Assembly (NCBI GenBank): GCA_963805975.1
Contig: CAWDVR010000002.1
Location: forward strand, 512,001-576,000
From: an uncultured Acidobacteriota bacterium
GTDB taxonomy: Bacteria; Acidobacteriota; Thermoanaerobaculia; Multivoradales; SZUA-115
DNA length: 64,000 bases
Reading direction: 5' to 3'
The translations under genes and the position numbers were made by a program. Below, piece after piece: positions 46,399-58,773 of the stretch. Each line of letters opens with the position of its first letter. Within the stretch, counting starts at the first letter, position 1. The notes beneath the pieces were generated by a model. It did not search any database, was not told the DNA's origin, and saw only the letters and a program-made list of their open reading frames with translations.

Positions 46399-48129
46399 CT
46401 AGCTATCGGTCGAAGGCTTTCCGACGGCCTTCTCGGTCGCTCGATCGAGCTGTGGGTGCCTCCGATGGTGCTCCGTCGCGTCCTGGTACTTCTTGGCCAC
46501 GCTCAGGAGCTTGCCTTCCTCGTAGAGCCCGCCCACGAAGCTGATGCTGGTGGGGGTGCCGTCCTTCCTGAAGCCGTTCGGCAGCACCACGGCCGGGTGG
46601 CCGGTCAGATTGGTGAGCAGGAGGTTGTCGCCGCCGAAGGACGGAGCTACGTACACGTCCACCTGCCTCATCACTTCCGCCATGCGCGCGATCAGCAGGC
46701 TGCGCACCCGGTTGGCCTGCAGGTACTCGACCGCCGGGATCAGCCGCGACTCACGGAAGACGTTCGGCCACGCCTGCTTCTCCTGCCGGCCGAGGAGGTC
46801 GTCCCGGCCGGTGAGCGTCAGGTCGTCGAAGGCCGCGGCAGCCTCGGCGCCGAGCAGGAAGGAGAGCGCCCGCACCGGCAGGTCGGTGGGCAGCTCGATG
46901 GGCAGGAGCGAGAAGCCGATGCGTTCCATATCCACGAGGGTCTGCCGGGCGAAGGCGTGAGATTCTTCCTGCCCTTCCTCGGGCTTGGCCTCGAACAGTG
47001 AGCGGACGTAGCCGACCCTGAGCTTCGTGGGGTCGCCAGCCGGTGGCCAGGTGAAGGGAGCGTCCACGGCCGTCGCGTCCTTCCCGTCCCGCCCGGCGAT
47101 CGCGGCGAAGGCCAGGGCGCAGTCCTCGACCGAGCGGCCGATGGGCCCCAGCTTGTCCATGGACCAGGCAAGGGCCATCGCCCCGGTGCGCGGCACACGG
47201 CCGAAGGTTGGGCGCAGTCCCGTGGCACCACAGCGCGTCGACGGCGAGACGATCGAGCCCCAGGTCTCCGAGCCCAGGGCAAAGCCGACCAGCCCCGCCG
47301 CCACGGCCGAGGCCGAGCCCGCCGACGAGCCGCTCGATCCCTGCTCGGAGCTCCAAGGGTTGCGCGTCCTGCCGCCGAACCAGACGTCGCCCCAGGCCAG
47401 CGCTCCCAGCGCCAGCTTTGCGACCAGAACCGCCCCGCTCTCGGTGAGGCGGGCGACCGCGGTCGCGTCCTCGTCGATCGTCTGCGTCTCGTAGGGCTCG
47501 GCACCCCAGGTGGTGCGGTAACCCTGCGCCGCCAGAAGGTCCTTGGCGCCCCACGGGATGCCGTGGAGCGGCCCCCGCACGCGGCCCGCCGCACGCTCGC
47601 GGTCGGCGCGCTCGGCCTCGGCCAGCGCCCGCTCGCGGGTCAGCGTCACCACGCAGTGGAGCAACGGGTCGTAGCGCTCGAGCCGGTCGAGGTAGAGGCG
47701 CGTGAGCTCCACGGAAGAGACCTGGCGCGCGGCCATCAGCCGCGCCAGGTCCGCGGCCGAGGCGAAGGCCAGCTCGCCGTCACTCCCCGGCCGGGTCGCG
47801 GTGCCGGGGCCGAGCGAGACGCCGCTCGGACCGTGCGGCATCTCGGCTCCCGGCGGCAGCGGGTCGAAACGCAGGGCCGGCGGCACCGAGTTGGGCACCG
47901 CCACCTTGCGCAGCTCGCGGAACGCCGCCAGGTTCTCCTCGACGCCCTCGAGCATCAGGTCGCGGTCGGCCGACGAGAATTCCAGCCCCGCGATCCTCTC
48001 CGCCTGCGCCAGGGCCTCCTTGGTCAGCCCGCCGGGCTTCTCCGCCTCGGCGGCCAGAGCGTCTGCTGCCAGCGCCCCGGCGCCGAGCGCCGGCAGCACC
48101 GAGAGAAACCGCCTGCGATCGAGCGCCAT
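46399..48129 (-). CDS. Tat-exported amidase-signature family protein
   Basis: MALDRRRFL Tat motif, GPLHGIPWGAKDL, GSSGSSAGSA, GSETWGSI..PS. Confidence 0.93.
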   Translation of the reverse strand: MALDRRRFLSVLPALGAGALAADALAAEAEKPGGLTKEALAQAERIAGLEFSSADRDLMLEGVEENLAAFRELRKVAVPNSVPPALRFDPLPPGAEMPHGPSGVSLGPGTATRPGSDGELAFASAADLARLMAARQVSSVELTRLYLDRLERYDPLLHCVVTLTRERALAEAERADRERAAGRVRGPLHGIPWGAKDLLAAQGYRTTWGAEPYETQTIDEDATAVARLTESGAVLVAKLALGALAWGDVWFGGRTRNPWSSEQGSSGSSAGSASAVAAGLVGFALGSETWGSIVSPSTRCGATGLRPTFGRVPRTGAMALAWSMDKLGPIGRSVEDCALAFAAIAGRDGKDATAVDAPFTWPPAGDPTKLRVGYVRSLFEAKPEEGQEESHAFARQTLVDMERIGFSLLPIELPTDLPVRALSFLLGAEAAAAFDDLTLTGRDDLLGRQEKQAWPNVFRESRLIPAVEYLQANRVRSLLIARMAEVMRQVDVYVAPSFGGDNLLLTNLTGHPAVVLPNGFRKDGTPTSISFVGGLYEEGKLLSVAKKYQDATEHHRRHPQLDRATEKAVGKPSTDS

Positions 48130-48167
48130 CAGCAACCTCCTGCGTGATCGCGCCACGCCGGCACCCC

Positions 48168-48599
48168 TCAGCCGGCGAGCGGATTGATGTGGCGGATGCC
48201 GGGGAAGCGCTTGAAGTCGTGGTCCGCGGAGTAGACCGGACAACCGTTCTCGAGGGCGAGAGCCGCCAGATGAGCGTCCGAAGTCAGGTTGCCGGCCGTT
48301 CCCACGGCAGCGACGAGGTTGCGCAGGATCGGCCAGTGCCGGTCGCCCGGCCCGACGGCGCTGACATTGGGCAGCTCGAGCCAGGAGTCCACGTAGGCGA
48401 GCGCCTCTTCGGCGGAAAGAGGGTGGCGAAAGATGCCGTTGCGCGTCACGACCCGGACGAAACCCAGGATCACCACCCAGGCGAGCCCGATTCGAGTGGG
48501 GCTCGAGAGCGTCTGTTCCAGCCAGAGCCGCGCCCGCTCGTGATGGGGTGAGTCCGAGTTGACGGCGTAGAGCAGGAGGTTGGCGTCGACGAGGATCAC
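48168..48599 (-). CDS. vapC: VapC PIN-domain toxin
   Basis: MILVDANLLLYA, NLTSDAHLAALALE, SADHDFKRFPG..HINPL. Confidence 0.93.
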   Translation of the reverse strand: MILVDANLLLYAVNSDSPHHERARLWLEQTLSSPTRIGLAWVVILGFVRVVTRNGIFRHPLSAEEALAYVDSWLELPNVSAVGPGDRHWPILRNLVAAVGTAGNLTSDAHLAALALENGCPVYSADHDFKRFPGIRHINPLAG

Positions 48600-48862
48600 T
48601 TCCGCAGCTCGAGCTTCTGGGCGATGGCGTCGTCTTCGAGCGCGTCCGCCAGGCTCAAGGCCCGGTCGAGATCGATTCCGGGCATCACTGCGCCGAGCGA
48701 GGACGGCCGCAGGCGATAGGCGCGAGGCTTGGCTGCCGTATGGCTGGCCAGACCCGCGCGTAGGGTGGCATTGACCACCTCCTTGAACGGGCGCCCGCTG
48801 CGATGGGCCCGTTCCTTGAGGACGGCTGCCAGGTCATCTTCGAGGCTCAGGGTGGTGCGCAT
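48596..48862 (-). CDS. vapB: VapB-type RHH antitoxin
   Basis: MRTTLSLEDDL...FKEVVNATLRAGL; overlaps the vapC start. Confidence 0.88.
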   Translation of the reverse strand: MRTTLSLEDDLAAVLKERAHRSGRPFKEVVNATLRAGLASHTAAKPRAYRLRPSSLGAVMPGIDLDRALSLADALEDDAIAQKLELRK

Positions 48863-48871
48863 CGGAGCCGC

Positions 48872-48899
48872 ATCTTAGCACTCCCAGGCGCAGCATCAA
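48872..48899 (-). promoter_or_regulatory. vapBC promoter with GATGC operator-like repeats
   Basis: TTGATG-N16-TAAGAT with an extended TG; GATGC occurs several times; ATG follows about 9 nt after the -10. Confidence 0.55.
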
Positions 48900-48926
48900 C
48901 GCATCATGGGCAGCCCAGCGCGGGCT

Positions 48927-51746
<2,820 letters not shown>

Positions 51747-51782
51747 AAGGCGCGGGACTCTAGCAGAAGTGGGGCGTAAAAG

Positions 51783-51822
51783 CCCCTCACCCTAACCCTC
51801 TCCCCGCGAGCGGGGAGAGGGG
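51783..51822. repeat. BoxC-like palindromic intergenic repeat
   Basis: CCCCTCACCCTAACCCTCTCCCCGCGAGCGGGGAGAGGGG, with a perfect CCCTCTCCCCG/CGGGGAGAGGG stem. Confidence 0.7.
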
Positions 51823-51845
51823 ACCGGAGATGGGGGCTTGGATCC

Positions 51846-51869
51846 GTAGGGGCGACCGGCGATCGCCCC
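51846..51869 (+). repeat. GTAG-type REP-like element
   Basis: GTAG followed by the imperfect palindrome GGGCGA-CCGGCGA-TCGCCC. Confidence 0.55.
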
Positions 51870-51891
51870 AGTCAATCGGAGTGAGAGGGAG

Positions 51892-53355
51892 CTAGCCGTC
51901 CATCGACGGCCGCTCGGGCCGAGAGACAGGCTCCGCCGGTGCCGGGGGACGCGGAGCCTGCGGCCCGGCGCCCGGGCCATTACCACCCGGAGGAGGCTGG
52001 CCGCCGCTCTGGCGCAGCCGCTCGAGCAGCCAGGCGGTCGTCGGCACGTTGAGCGAGCGCCGCAGGTTGTCCAGCGCCTTGTCGGTGAGCTGCACGCCCG
52101 CCGCCTGGACGTCGTCCAGGGTGCCGGCGCCTGCCTCCGATCCGAAGGTGAACGGGAAGAGGTCGACCGGCGGGATGCTGCCGCCGAACTTGGCGTTGAT
52201 CGCGGTGATGAAGGCGTTGGCGACGAAGGCGTAGCCAAACGGCGTCGGGTGGACGCCGTCGTACGAGAAGATGCCGCCGGAGAGGTACGAGGCGGTGTAG
52301 GTCAGGCCGCCGAAGCGCAGGCCGCGGGCCGCGATGCGGTCGAAGATGGCGTTGGCGTCCACCAGCGCCGCCCCCTCCGCGCTGGCCACCGCGCTGATCA
52401 CGGCGTTGTAGGCCGCGGTCCGCTGCGTGATGGCAGCCAGCTCACCGGCGTCGAGGAAGAACTGGGTGGGCAGCGGCTGCCCGTTGCTGCCGGGGATGCC
52501 GGCCGGGAGGCCGAAGCCCTGGCGCAGGGCGGTGGTTGCCGACAGCAGCACGCGATCGCTGGCGGTCAAGGGGCCGTTGGGGCCAATCAGCGGCACCGGC
52601 TGACCATTGATCAGCAGCGGCTGGTTGGTCGCCGGGTTGACCACGAAGCGCGGCACGGTGTTGACGAACGGGATCGCCGTGACATTGGGGATGTTGGCGA
52701 TAGCGAGCTGCGCGCCCTGAGCTCGCATCGCGCTCACGATGGCGCGGAAGTCTGCCTCGAACTGGGCCACGGGCGTCAGCGTGACGCCGTCGATCACGAT
52801 GCCGCTAGTGGCGGCTGCCAACACATCGTTGTTGCCGATCCACAGGGTGACGAAAGTGGGATTCGCCAGCACCGCCTGCGTCAACGCAGTACCCCGGCCG
52901 CGCAGCACCAGGTTGACGATGCCATTGCCGGAGAAGGTGTGGCCCACGTCGTGGACTCGGAACCCGGGGACTGCCAAGTTGTCATAGGCCCGGTTCAGGG
53001 CGAGGTTGGTCGGCACCCCGGTCGCGGCCGAGCGCGGCGCGACGACCAGCGGCGAGAGGCTCACCAGGTCGAGGAGCGCCGGGATCCCCGGCGCCGAGAC
53101 CGTAGGCTGCTGGAAGCCGCTGCCGCCGGTCGCCTGGCGGTGGATGAGCCGCGGGTAGCTGTTCGCCTGCACGGAGTCCAGCAGGCCGCCGCTCGCAAAA
53201 CCAGCGGTCAGGCTGTCGCCCAGGGCCACGTAGCGGGAGAAGTTGGCGGAGCCGGTGTTGGCGGCCTGGCCCAGCGCGGGAGCGACGGGTAGCGTGAAGA
53301 TCACCGCCGCGGTGAGCGCGGCGGACAGCAGACGGGAAAGGCGGGGCGATCTCAT
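51892..53355 (-). CDS. Secreted SGNH/GDSL hydrolase
   Basis: YVALGDSLTAG, NLAVPG, WIGNND, DGVHP. Confidence 0.92.
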   Translation of the reverse strand: MRSPRLSRLLSAALTAAVIFTLPVAPALGQAANTGSANFSRYVALGDSLTAGFASGGLLDSVQANSYPRLIHRQATGGSGFQQPTVSAPGIPALLDLVSLSPLVVAPRSAATGVPTNLALNRAYDNLAVPGFRVHDVGHTFSGNGIVNLVLRGRGTALTQAVLANPTFVTLWIGNNDVLAAATSGIVIDGVTLTPVAQFEADFRAIVSAMRAQGAQLAIANIPNVTAIPFVNTVPRFVVNPATNQPLLINGQPVPLIGPNGPLTASDRVLLSATTALRQGFGLPAGIPGSNGQPLPTQFFLDAGELAAITQRTAAYNAVISAVASAEGAALVDANAIFDRIAARGLRFGGLTYTASYLSGGIFSYDGVHPTPFGYAFVANAFITAINAKFGGSIPPVDLFPFTFGSEAGAGTLDDVQAAGVQLTDKALDNLRRSLNVPTTAWLLERLRQSGGQPPPGGNGPGAGPQAPRPPAPAEPVSRPERPSMDG

Positions 53356-53378
53356 GCTCTTTCTCCTTGTAGTCTCGC

Positions 53379-54689
53379 CTATCGCGACATGGTGAAGCCG
53401 AGCAGCCAGGCGCTGGTGTTGTAAGAGCCGAAGAAGCCCAGCTCACCCTCGAAGGACTCGTCGACCTCACGCTCGTCGAAGTCCAGGTACATCACGGCGA
53501 GGTCGAAGGTCCAGCCGCCGCCGGTGGTGTGGCCGAAGCCCGCCGTCAGAGCGTTGCGGTTCGCGTCGGGCAGCAGCGGGCTCGCCGCCGCCTCGGGTTG
53601 CGGCGTCTCGTCGTAGATGAAGCCCAGCCGCCACTGGTTGGCCGGGCTCGAGTTCCAGCGGAAGCCGGCGCGGTAGTTGTACACGTCCTCCCACTCCTGC
53701 GGCGACTCCTCGGTGGGGAGGGAGTTGTCGGTGAAGAAGATCTCGAGCTTCTCGAAGCTCGACCAGCCGGTCCAGTTGGCGTCCAGCTCGAGGAAGGTGT
53801 TGGGGGTGAAGGCGAACCCGACGCCGAAGGAGGCCATGTCCGGGAACTCGAGCGAGGTCTCGATCGGCAGGTCGCGGCCGAAAGGCCGCGAGGCCGCGAC
53901 CAGGGCATCGAACTGCGCGTTGCCGCTCGACACCTGGGTCAGCCGGGCGTCGCCGCCGAAGTCGACCTCGATCTTGCTGCGGTAGGACAGGCCCCAGGAG
54001 AAGCTGTTGGTCACCTTGTGCAGCATCCCCACGTTCCAGCCCAGGCCGTTGTCGAGGTCGCTCTCGAGCTTGACCTTGGCCACGTCCACCTGCCGGTTGG
54101 TGAACGGGTTGAACGCCGCGGCGCGCCGGTTGAGCTGTACCTCGGCGAAGCGGCCGATGACGCCGAAGCCGAGGCCGAAGTTGGGGGTGGCCTGCCAGGC
54201 GATGCTGGGGTTGAGGTCGTAGGTGGTCAGCTCCGCCTTGGTGTTGATGAACCGGCCAGGGAAAGTCTCCGGGTTCTCCCACTCCGTCACCAGGCCATAG
54301 GGGTCGTTGAAGCCGAAGCCGAAGGTCCAGCTCTGGCTGAGCGGCTTGACGTAGTAGATGTGCGCCGGGGTCACGTAGTTGTCGGCCTGCTCGCCGCGCG
54401 CGGTGGGGCCCGGGAACGGCGCCGCACCTTCGAACTCGGAGTCGCCGAGGCTGATGATGGTCAGGCCGGCCGCGATGCTGCTGTCCTTCTGGAAAGCCAG
54501 GCCGCCGACGTTGTGGAACATCGCCGAGCCGTCGTCCGCCTGGGCGGTGAAGGCCATCCCCATGCCCATCGCCTTGGTGCCCTGCTCGAAGATGCCGAAG
54601 CCTGCCGCGAACGAGGGCGGCGCTGCCGCCACCAGGCTGGCGAGCGCTCCCAGCCAGAGGACTTTCCGTAGTCGTGCGCAACCCCTCAT
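53379..54689 (-). CDS. FadL/OmpP1-family outer membrane transporter
   Basis: SFA|AGFGIFEQG..MGMGMA..A.ADD.SAMFHN.GGL, PYGL, LPDANR. Confidence 0.92.
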   Translation of the reverse strand: MRGCARLRKVLWLGALASLVAAAPPSFAAGFGIFEQGTKAMGMGMAFTAQADDGSAMFHNVGGLAFQKDSSIAAGLTIISLGDSEFEGAAPFPGPTARGEQADNYVTPAHIYYVKPLSQSWTFGFGFNDPYGLVTEWENPETFPGRFINTKAELTTYDLNPSIAWQATPNFGLGFGVIGRFAEVQLNRRAAAFNPFTNRQVDVAKVKLESDLDNGLGWNVGMLHKVTNSFSWGLSYRSKIEVDFGGDARLTQVSSGNAQFDALVAASRPFGRDLPIETSLEFPDMASFGVGFAFTPNTFLELDANWTGWSSFEKLEIFFTDNSLPTEESPQEWEDVYNYRAGFRWNSSPANQWRLGFIYDETPQPEAAASPLLPDANRNALTAGFGHTTGGGWTFDLAVMYLDFDEREVDESFEGELGFFGSYNTSAWLLGFTMSR

Positions 54690-54844
54690 GTCGAGGTCTC
54701 CTGTAGAGAAAGAAACGTGCGGATCTGAGAGTGGAATCGCATGTGAAAGATTGACGCTGTAGCTTTCCGGCAGACTAGCCCCTGCCGTAGTGGGGTGTCA
54801 ACGTGGCCTGCTGCTAGAGTACGCAGAGCAGAAGGGGACCCAAG

Positions 54845-55390
54845 ATGGAGTTCGAGAACCGGATCCAGGAGGAGACGCACGCCAAGCTCGAGGAGTATCT
54901 CAGCGAGCTCTTCGACGATGCGTATCACGACCCCGAGAACAACCACTTCTACGTCCGCTACGGGACCACGGTGCTCGAGATCTCGAACGAGCCCTACGGG
55001 CCCGAGGAAGCGGCGGTGACGATCATGTCCTACTGCGTGCAGGGCGTGGAGATCGACGAGGAGCTGCTGCGCAAGCTCCTGGTGCTCAACCATCGCATCC
55101 CCTTCGGGTGCTTCTCCCTCGCCGGGAGCGACATCTTCTTCTCGCACTCGCTCTTCGGACGCACCCTGTCGCGCAGCAACCTGATCACCGCGGTGTCGGC
55201 CGTCGCCACCTTTGCCGACGACTACGACGACAAGATCGTGGCCGGGTACGGCGGCCAGACGGCCCTGCAGCGCATCGAGGAGACCGGAGGCATGCGGCGC
55301 CGGACCTCGGAGCGCCTCACCAACGTCGAGGACGAAGAAGACCTGGGCGATCTCGATCTCGACGGCAACGTCGACCCGGACGATCTCTAG
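54845..55390 (+). CDS. YbjN / T3SS-chaperone-like domain protein
   Basis: YG.T, L...LL.LN....FG.F.L, V..VA..ADDYDD.I...YGG; acidic tail. Confidence 0.75.
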   Translation: MEFENRIQEETHAKLEEYLSELFDDAYHDPENNHFYVRYGTTVLEISNEPYGPEEAAVTIMSYCVQGVEIDEELLRKLLVLNHRIPFGCFSLAGSDIFFSHSLFGRTLSRSNLITAVSAVATFADDYDDKIVAGYGGQTALQRIEETGGMRRRTSERLTNVEDEEDLGDLDLDGNVDPDDL

Positions 55391-55412
55391 CCGGCCCTCG
55401 ACGATTCCTCTG

Positions 55413-55901
55413 ATGCCCGAGCCCACGATCCGGCCCCTGGCGAGCAACCGGCGCGCCCGCCACGACTACCACATCCTGGAGACCCTGGAGGCCGGCCTCG
55501 CGTTGTCCGGCACGGAGGTCAAGTCGGCCCGCCAGGGCAAGGTCCAGCTGAAGGACAGCCACGTCGAGTTCCGCAACGGCGAGGCCTTCCTGGTCGGGGC
55601 GCACATCAGCCCCTACAGCCACGGCAACCGCGAGAACCACGATCCCGAACGACCGCGCAAGCTCCTGCTGACGCGGCGCGACCTGGGCAAGCTCTTCGGC
55701 CGCTCGCGCGACAAGGGGCTGACCGTGGTGCCCCTCGAGGTCTACCTCAAGGGCAACTGGGTGAAGGTGGAGATAGGCCTCGCCCAGGGCAAGAAGCTCT
55801 TCGACAAGCGCGAGGCGGAGAAGAAGCGCGAGATGGACCGCGAGGTGCGCGCCGCCATGGCCCGGCACGCGCGCGGCGCGACCACCCGCGACGGTGCCTA
55901 G
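55413..55901 (+). CDS. smpB: SsrA-binding protein SmpB
   Basis: NRRARHDY, EAGLALSGTEVKS, RKLLL, GKKLFDKRE; start set at ATG 55413. Confidence 0.97.
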   Translation: MPEPTIRPLASNRRARHDYHILETLEAGLALSGTEVKSARQGKVQLKDSHVEFRNGEAFLVGAHISPYSHGNRENHDPERPRKLLLTRRDLGKLFGRSRDKGLTVVPLEVYLKGNWVKVEIGLAQGKKLFDKREAEKKREMDREVRAAMARHARGATTRDGA

Positions 55902-55930
55902 CTCCAGATCCTGGCTATAGTCTTCCGTCC

Positions 55931-56476
55931 ATGAGGCATCTCGCCCTCACCTCCCTCTTCTTCCTGGCCGCTTTCGATCTCCAGGCCGCCGACATCGCCG
56001 ACCTCCGGGTCGCGCTCGCCGAGACGCAGGTGGTGGTCAGCTTCCGGCTCGAGGAGGCCTTCGACGCCAAGCTGGTCGAGCGGGTCGAGAGCGGCCTGCC
56101 GACGACGCTCTCCTATCAGCTCGAGCTGATGCGCGACCGCAAGCGCTGGTTCGACCGCAATCTCCAGGAGTCGAGCCTCACCGTGGTCGGCATCTACGAC
56201 GCGGTGCGGCGCGAGTACCTGGTCAACACCAAGCTCGACGGGCGGCTGCTCGAGAGCCACATGGTCCACGACCTCGACGCGCTCAAGACGGCCATGGCCC
56301 GCTTCGACCGGCTGCCGGTCTTCACGCTCGAGGCGCTCGAAGACGACCGCCGCATCCTGGTGCGGGTGCGGGCCGAGCTCGGCACCGCGCACCTCCTGGG
56401 CTTCATCCCCAGCCGGGTCACCACGGAGTGGGTCGAGTCCAACAAGCTGCGGCCGCCGCGCGAGCTGGTGCGCTAG
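55931..56476 (+). CDS. DUF4390-like secreted protein
   Basis: Signal peptide, SGLP....Y..EL.R.R..WFD, YD.V.R.Y; typical position before an NtrY-like kinase. Confidence 0.75.
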   Translation: MRHLALTSLFFLAAFDLQAADIADLRVALAETQVVVSFRLEEAFDAKLVERVESGLPTTLSYQLELMRDRKRWFDRNLQESSLTVVGIYDAVRREYLVNTKLDGRLLESHMVHDLDALKTAMARFDRLPVFTLEALEDDRRILVRVRAELGTAHLLGFIPSRVTTEWVESNKLRPPRELVR

Positions 56477-56495
56477 GCATGGGCGCCCTCCACCC

Positions 56496-58304
56496 ATGGG
56501 CCTGAGGGAACGGCTCCGGCGCCACCGCAAGGACAGCCGCTGGGTCACCGGCGGCCTCGCCGCCCTGCTGGTGGTCGCGACCGGCCTCTTCTACCTGTTC
56601 GAGCGCAGCCGCGAGCTGCCGCCCACCCTGGTCACCAACCGGGTGCTGCTCTTCGTGCTCTGGTACGTCAACGTCGTTCTCATCCTGACCGTCCTCTTCG
56701 TCCTGCTGCGCAACCTGTTCAAGCTCCTGGTCGAGCGCCACCATCGCATCCTGGGCTCGAAGTTCAAGACCAAGCTGGTGCTGACCTACTTCGGCCTGTC
56801 GCTGATCCCGGTGCTGCTGCTGTTCGTGATCTCGACCCAGCTCTTCCGCGGCTCGATCAACCGCTGGTTCTCGACCCCTCTCGAGGAGATCCTCACCCTC
56901 GGCAGCTCTGTGGCGCAGGAGCTCTCGCTCACCGTCGAGCGCCAGAACTTCCGCGACGCCAGGCAGGTGCTGACCGAGATCGAGCTCCTGGGGCTCGCCG
57001 AGCCGGCGGCGCGCCCCGCCCTCCTCCAGCGGCTGCGCGAGCTGGTGCAGGAGCGCGAGCTGGACTATCTGGCGCTCTACGAGGGCACCGAGCTGGTGCA
57101 GGCCGCGCTCAGCTCGCAAGGCCCGCTCGCCGACCTGCCGGAGCCCGGCCGGGCGCTGCTCAGGGAAGCGGCCGAGAGCGGCAGGGCGCGCGGCCAGCCG
57201 CCGGCCAAGACCGAGGGCGCGCTGCTGGTGAGCGCGGTCTCGGCGGGCGGCGACGGCGGCGAAGGGCCGCTGGTGGTGGTCGCCGGCCGGGTGCTGGCGC
57301 CCCAGGCCGCCGCCTCGGCCCGCCGGCTGATCGAGGCGGCGCAAGGCTACCGGCAGCTCGAGGTGCAGCGCGACGACCTGAAGGCGAGCTACCTGCTGAT
57401 CTTCCTCATGCTGACCCTCCTCATCCTGCTCGCCTCGACCTGGGTGGGCCTCTACCTGGCGCGGCGCGTGACGGTGCCGATCCAGGCCCTCGCCGACGGC
57501 ACGCGACGGATCAGCAGCGGCGATCTCGACCATCGGGTGGAGGTCTCGGCCGACGACGAGCTGGGGGTGCTGGTCGACTCCTTCAACCGCATGACGGCCG
57601 AGCTCCAGGCGAGCAAGGCGGAGCTCGAGCGCGCGCAGCAGCTCGCCACCTGGCGGGAGGCGGCGCGGCGCGTGGCGCACGAGATCAGGAACCCGCTCAC
57701 CCCGATCCAGCTCGCGGCCGAGCGGCTGCTCGCCAAGCACCGGCGCGGCGACCCGGACCTCGGCGCCACACTCGAGGAGAGCGTCGAGATCATCGGCCGC
57801 GAGGTCAAGACGCTGAAGGGCATGGTGGACGAGTTCTCGCGCTACGCGCGCCTGCCACAGCCCCAGCCCGAGCGGGTGGACCTCGAACAGCTCTTCGCCG
57901 ACACGCTGCAGCTCTACCGCAACCTCAAGCCGGGGGTGGAGGTCGAGAGCCTGGTGGCGCCCGAGGTGGGCCACGTGTTCGTCGACCCGGAGCAGATCCG
58001 CCGCGTGCTCATCAATCTGGTGGACAACGCGATCGAGGCCACCAGCCCGCCCGGCCAGGTGCGGGTCGAGGCCCGGCGCGAGGGCGGCCGCCTGCGCATC
58101 GACGTCGCCGACACCGGTCCCGGCATCCCGCCGGAAGCCCGGGAGAAGCTCTTCCTGCCCTACTTCTCGACCAAGGGCCGCGGCTCGGGGCTCGGCCTCG
58201 CCATCGTGCACCGGATCGTGACCGACCACCGCGGCCGCATCACGACCGCGGACAACCAGCCGCGGGGCACAGTGTTCACGGTCGAGCTGCCGGCGTATCC
58301 GTGA
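56496..58304 (+). CDS. NtrY-like membrane sensor histidine kinase (HAMP, HisKA, HATPase)
   Basis: WREAARRVAHEIRNPLTPIQL, NLVDNA, DTGPGI, FLPYFSTK, GSGLGL. Confidence 0.93.
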   Translation: MGLRERLRRHRKDSRWVTGGLAALLVVATGLFYLFERSRELPPTLVTNRVLLFVLWYVNVVLILTVLFVLLRNLFKLLVERHHRILGSKFKTKLVLTYFGLSLIPVLLLFVISTQLFRGSINRWFSTPLEEILTLGSSVAQELSLTVERQNFRDARQVLTEIELLGLAEPAARPALLQRLRELVQERELDYLALYEGTELVQAALSSQGPLADLPEPGRALLREAAESGRARGQPPAKTEGALLVSAVSAGGDGGEGPLVVVAGRVLAPQAAASARRLIEAAQGYRQLEVQRDDLKASYLLIFLMLTLLILLASTWVGLYLARRVTVPIQALADGTRRISSGDLDHRVEVSADDELGVLVDSFNRMTAELQASKAELERAQQLATWREAARRVAHEIRNPLTPIQLAAERLLAKHRRGDPDLGATLEESVEIIGREVKTLKGMVDEFSRYARLPQPQPERVDLEQLFADTLQLYRNLKPGVEVESLVAPEVGHVFVDPEQIRRVLINLVDNAIEATSPPGQVRVEARREGGRLRIDVADTGPGIPPEAREKLFLPYFSTKGRGSGLGLAIVHRIVTDHRGRITTADNQPRGTVFTVELPAYP

Positions 58305-58317
58305 TCTAATTCCCCGC

Positions 58318-58767
58318 ATGAGCACGCCGCAGCAACGCATCGAAACCGACCTCAAGACCAGCATGAAGGCCGGGGACAAGGAGCGCACGGGCACGCTCCG
58401 CATGCTCCTCGCCGAGGTCAAGAACGAGCGGATCGCCGCCGGCGCCGAGGTCGACGAGACCCGCTTCGCCGCCCTGGTGCGCAAGGCCATCAAACAGCGC
58501 CACGAGGCCGCGACCCAGTTCCGCGCCGGCGGACGCGAGGAGAGCGCGGCGCAGGAGGAGCGCGAAGCCGAGATGCTCGGCTCCTATCTGCCGCAGACCG
58601 TCTCCGAGGAGGAGCTCTCCGCCGCCATCCGCGACCTCATCGCCGCCGAGGGGCTCTCCGGGCCGGCCGCCATGGGCCGGGTGATGAAGGAGATGCTCGG
58701 CCGCTACGGCGCCCGCGCCGACGGCGCCACGGTCTCGAAGCTCGCCCGCCAGGCTCTCGCCTCCTAG
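58318..58767 (+). CDS. GatB/YqeY domain protein
   Basis: DLKTSMKAGDK, KQRHEA..QF..GGR, YLPQ, MGRVMK. Confidence 0.93.
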   Translation: MSTPQQRIETDLKTSMKAGDKERTGTLRMLLAEVKNERIAAGAEVDETRFAALVRKAIKQRHEAATQFRAGGREESAAQEEREAEMLGSYLPQTVSEEELSAAIRDLIAAEGLSGPAAMGRVMKEMLGRYGARADGATVSKLARQALAS

Positions 58768-58773
58768 CAACCC

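Noticed and set aside
51747-51782. SOS/LexA box upstream of uvrA
   Set aside because: Only an extended -10-like TGCTAGAGT is visible; no recognisable palindromic operator.
55390-55931. tmRNA (ssrA) next to smpB
   Set aside because: The flanking gaps are only about 20-30 nt and no tRNA-like ends are visible.
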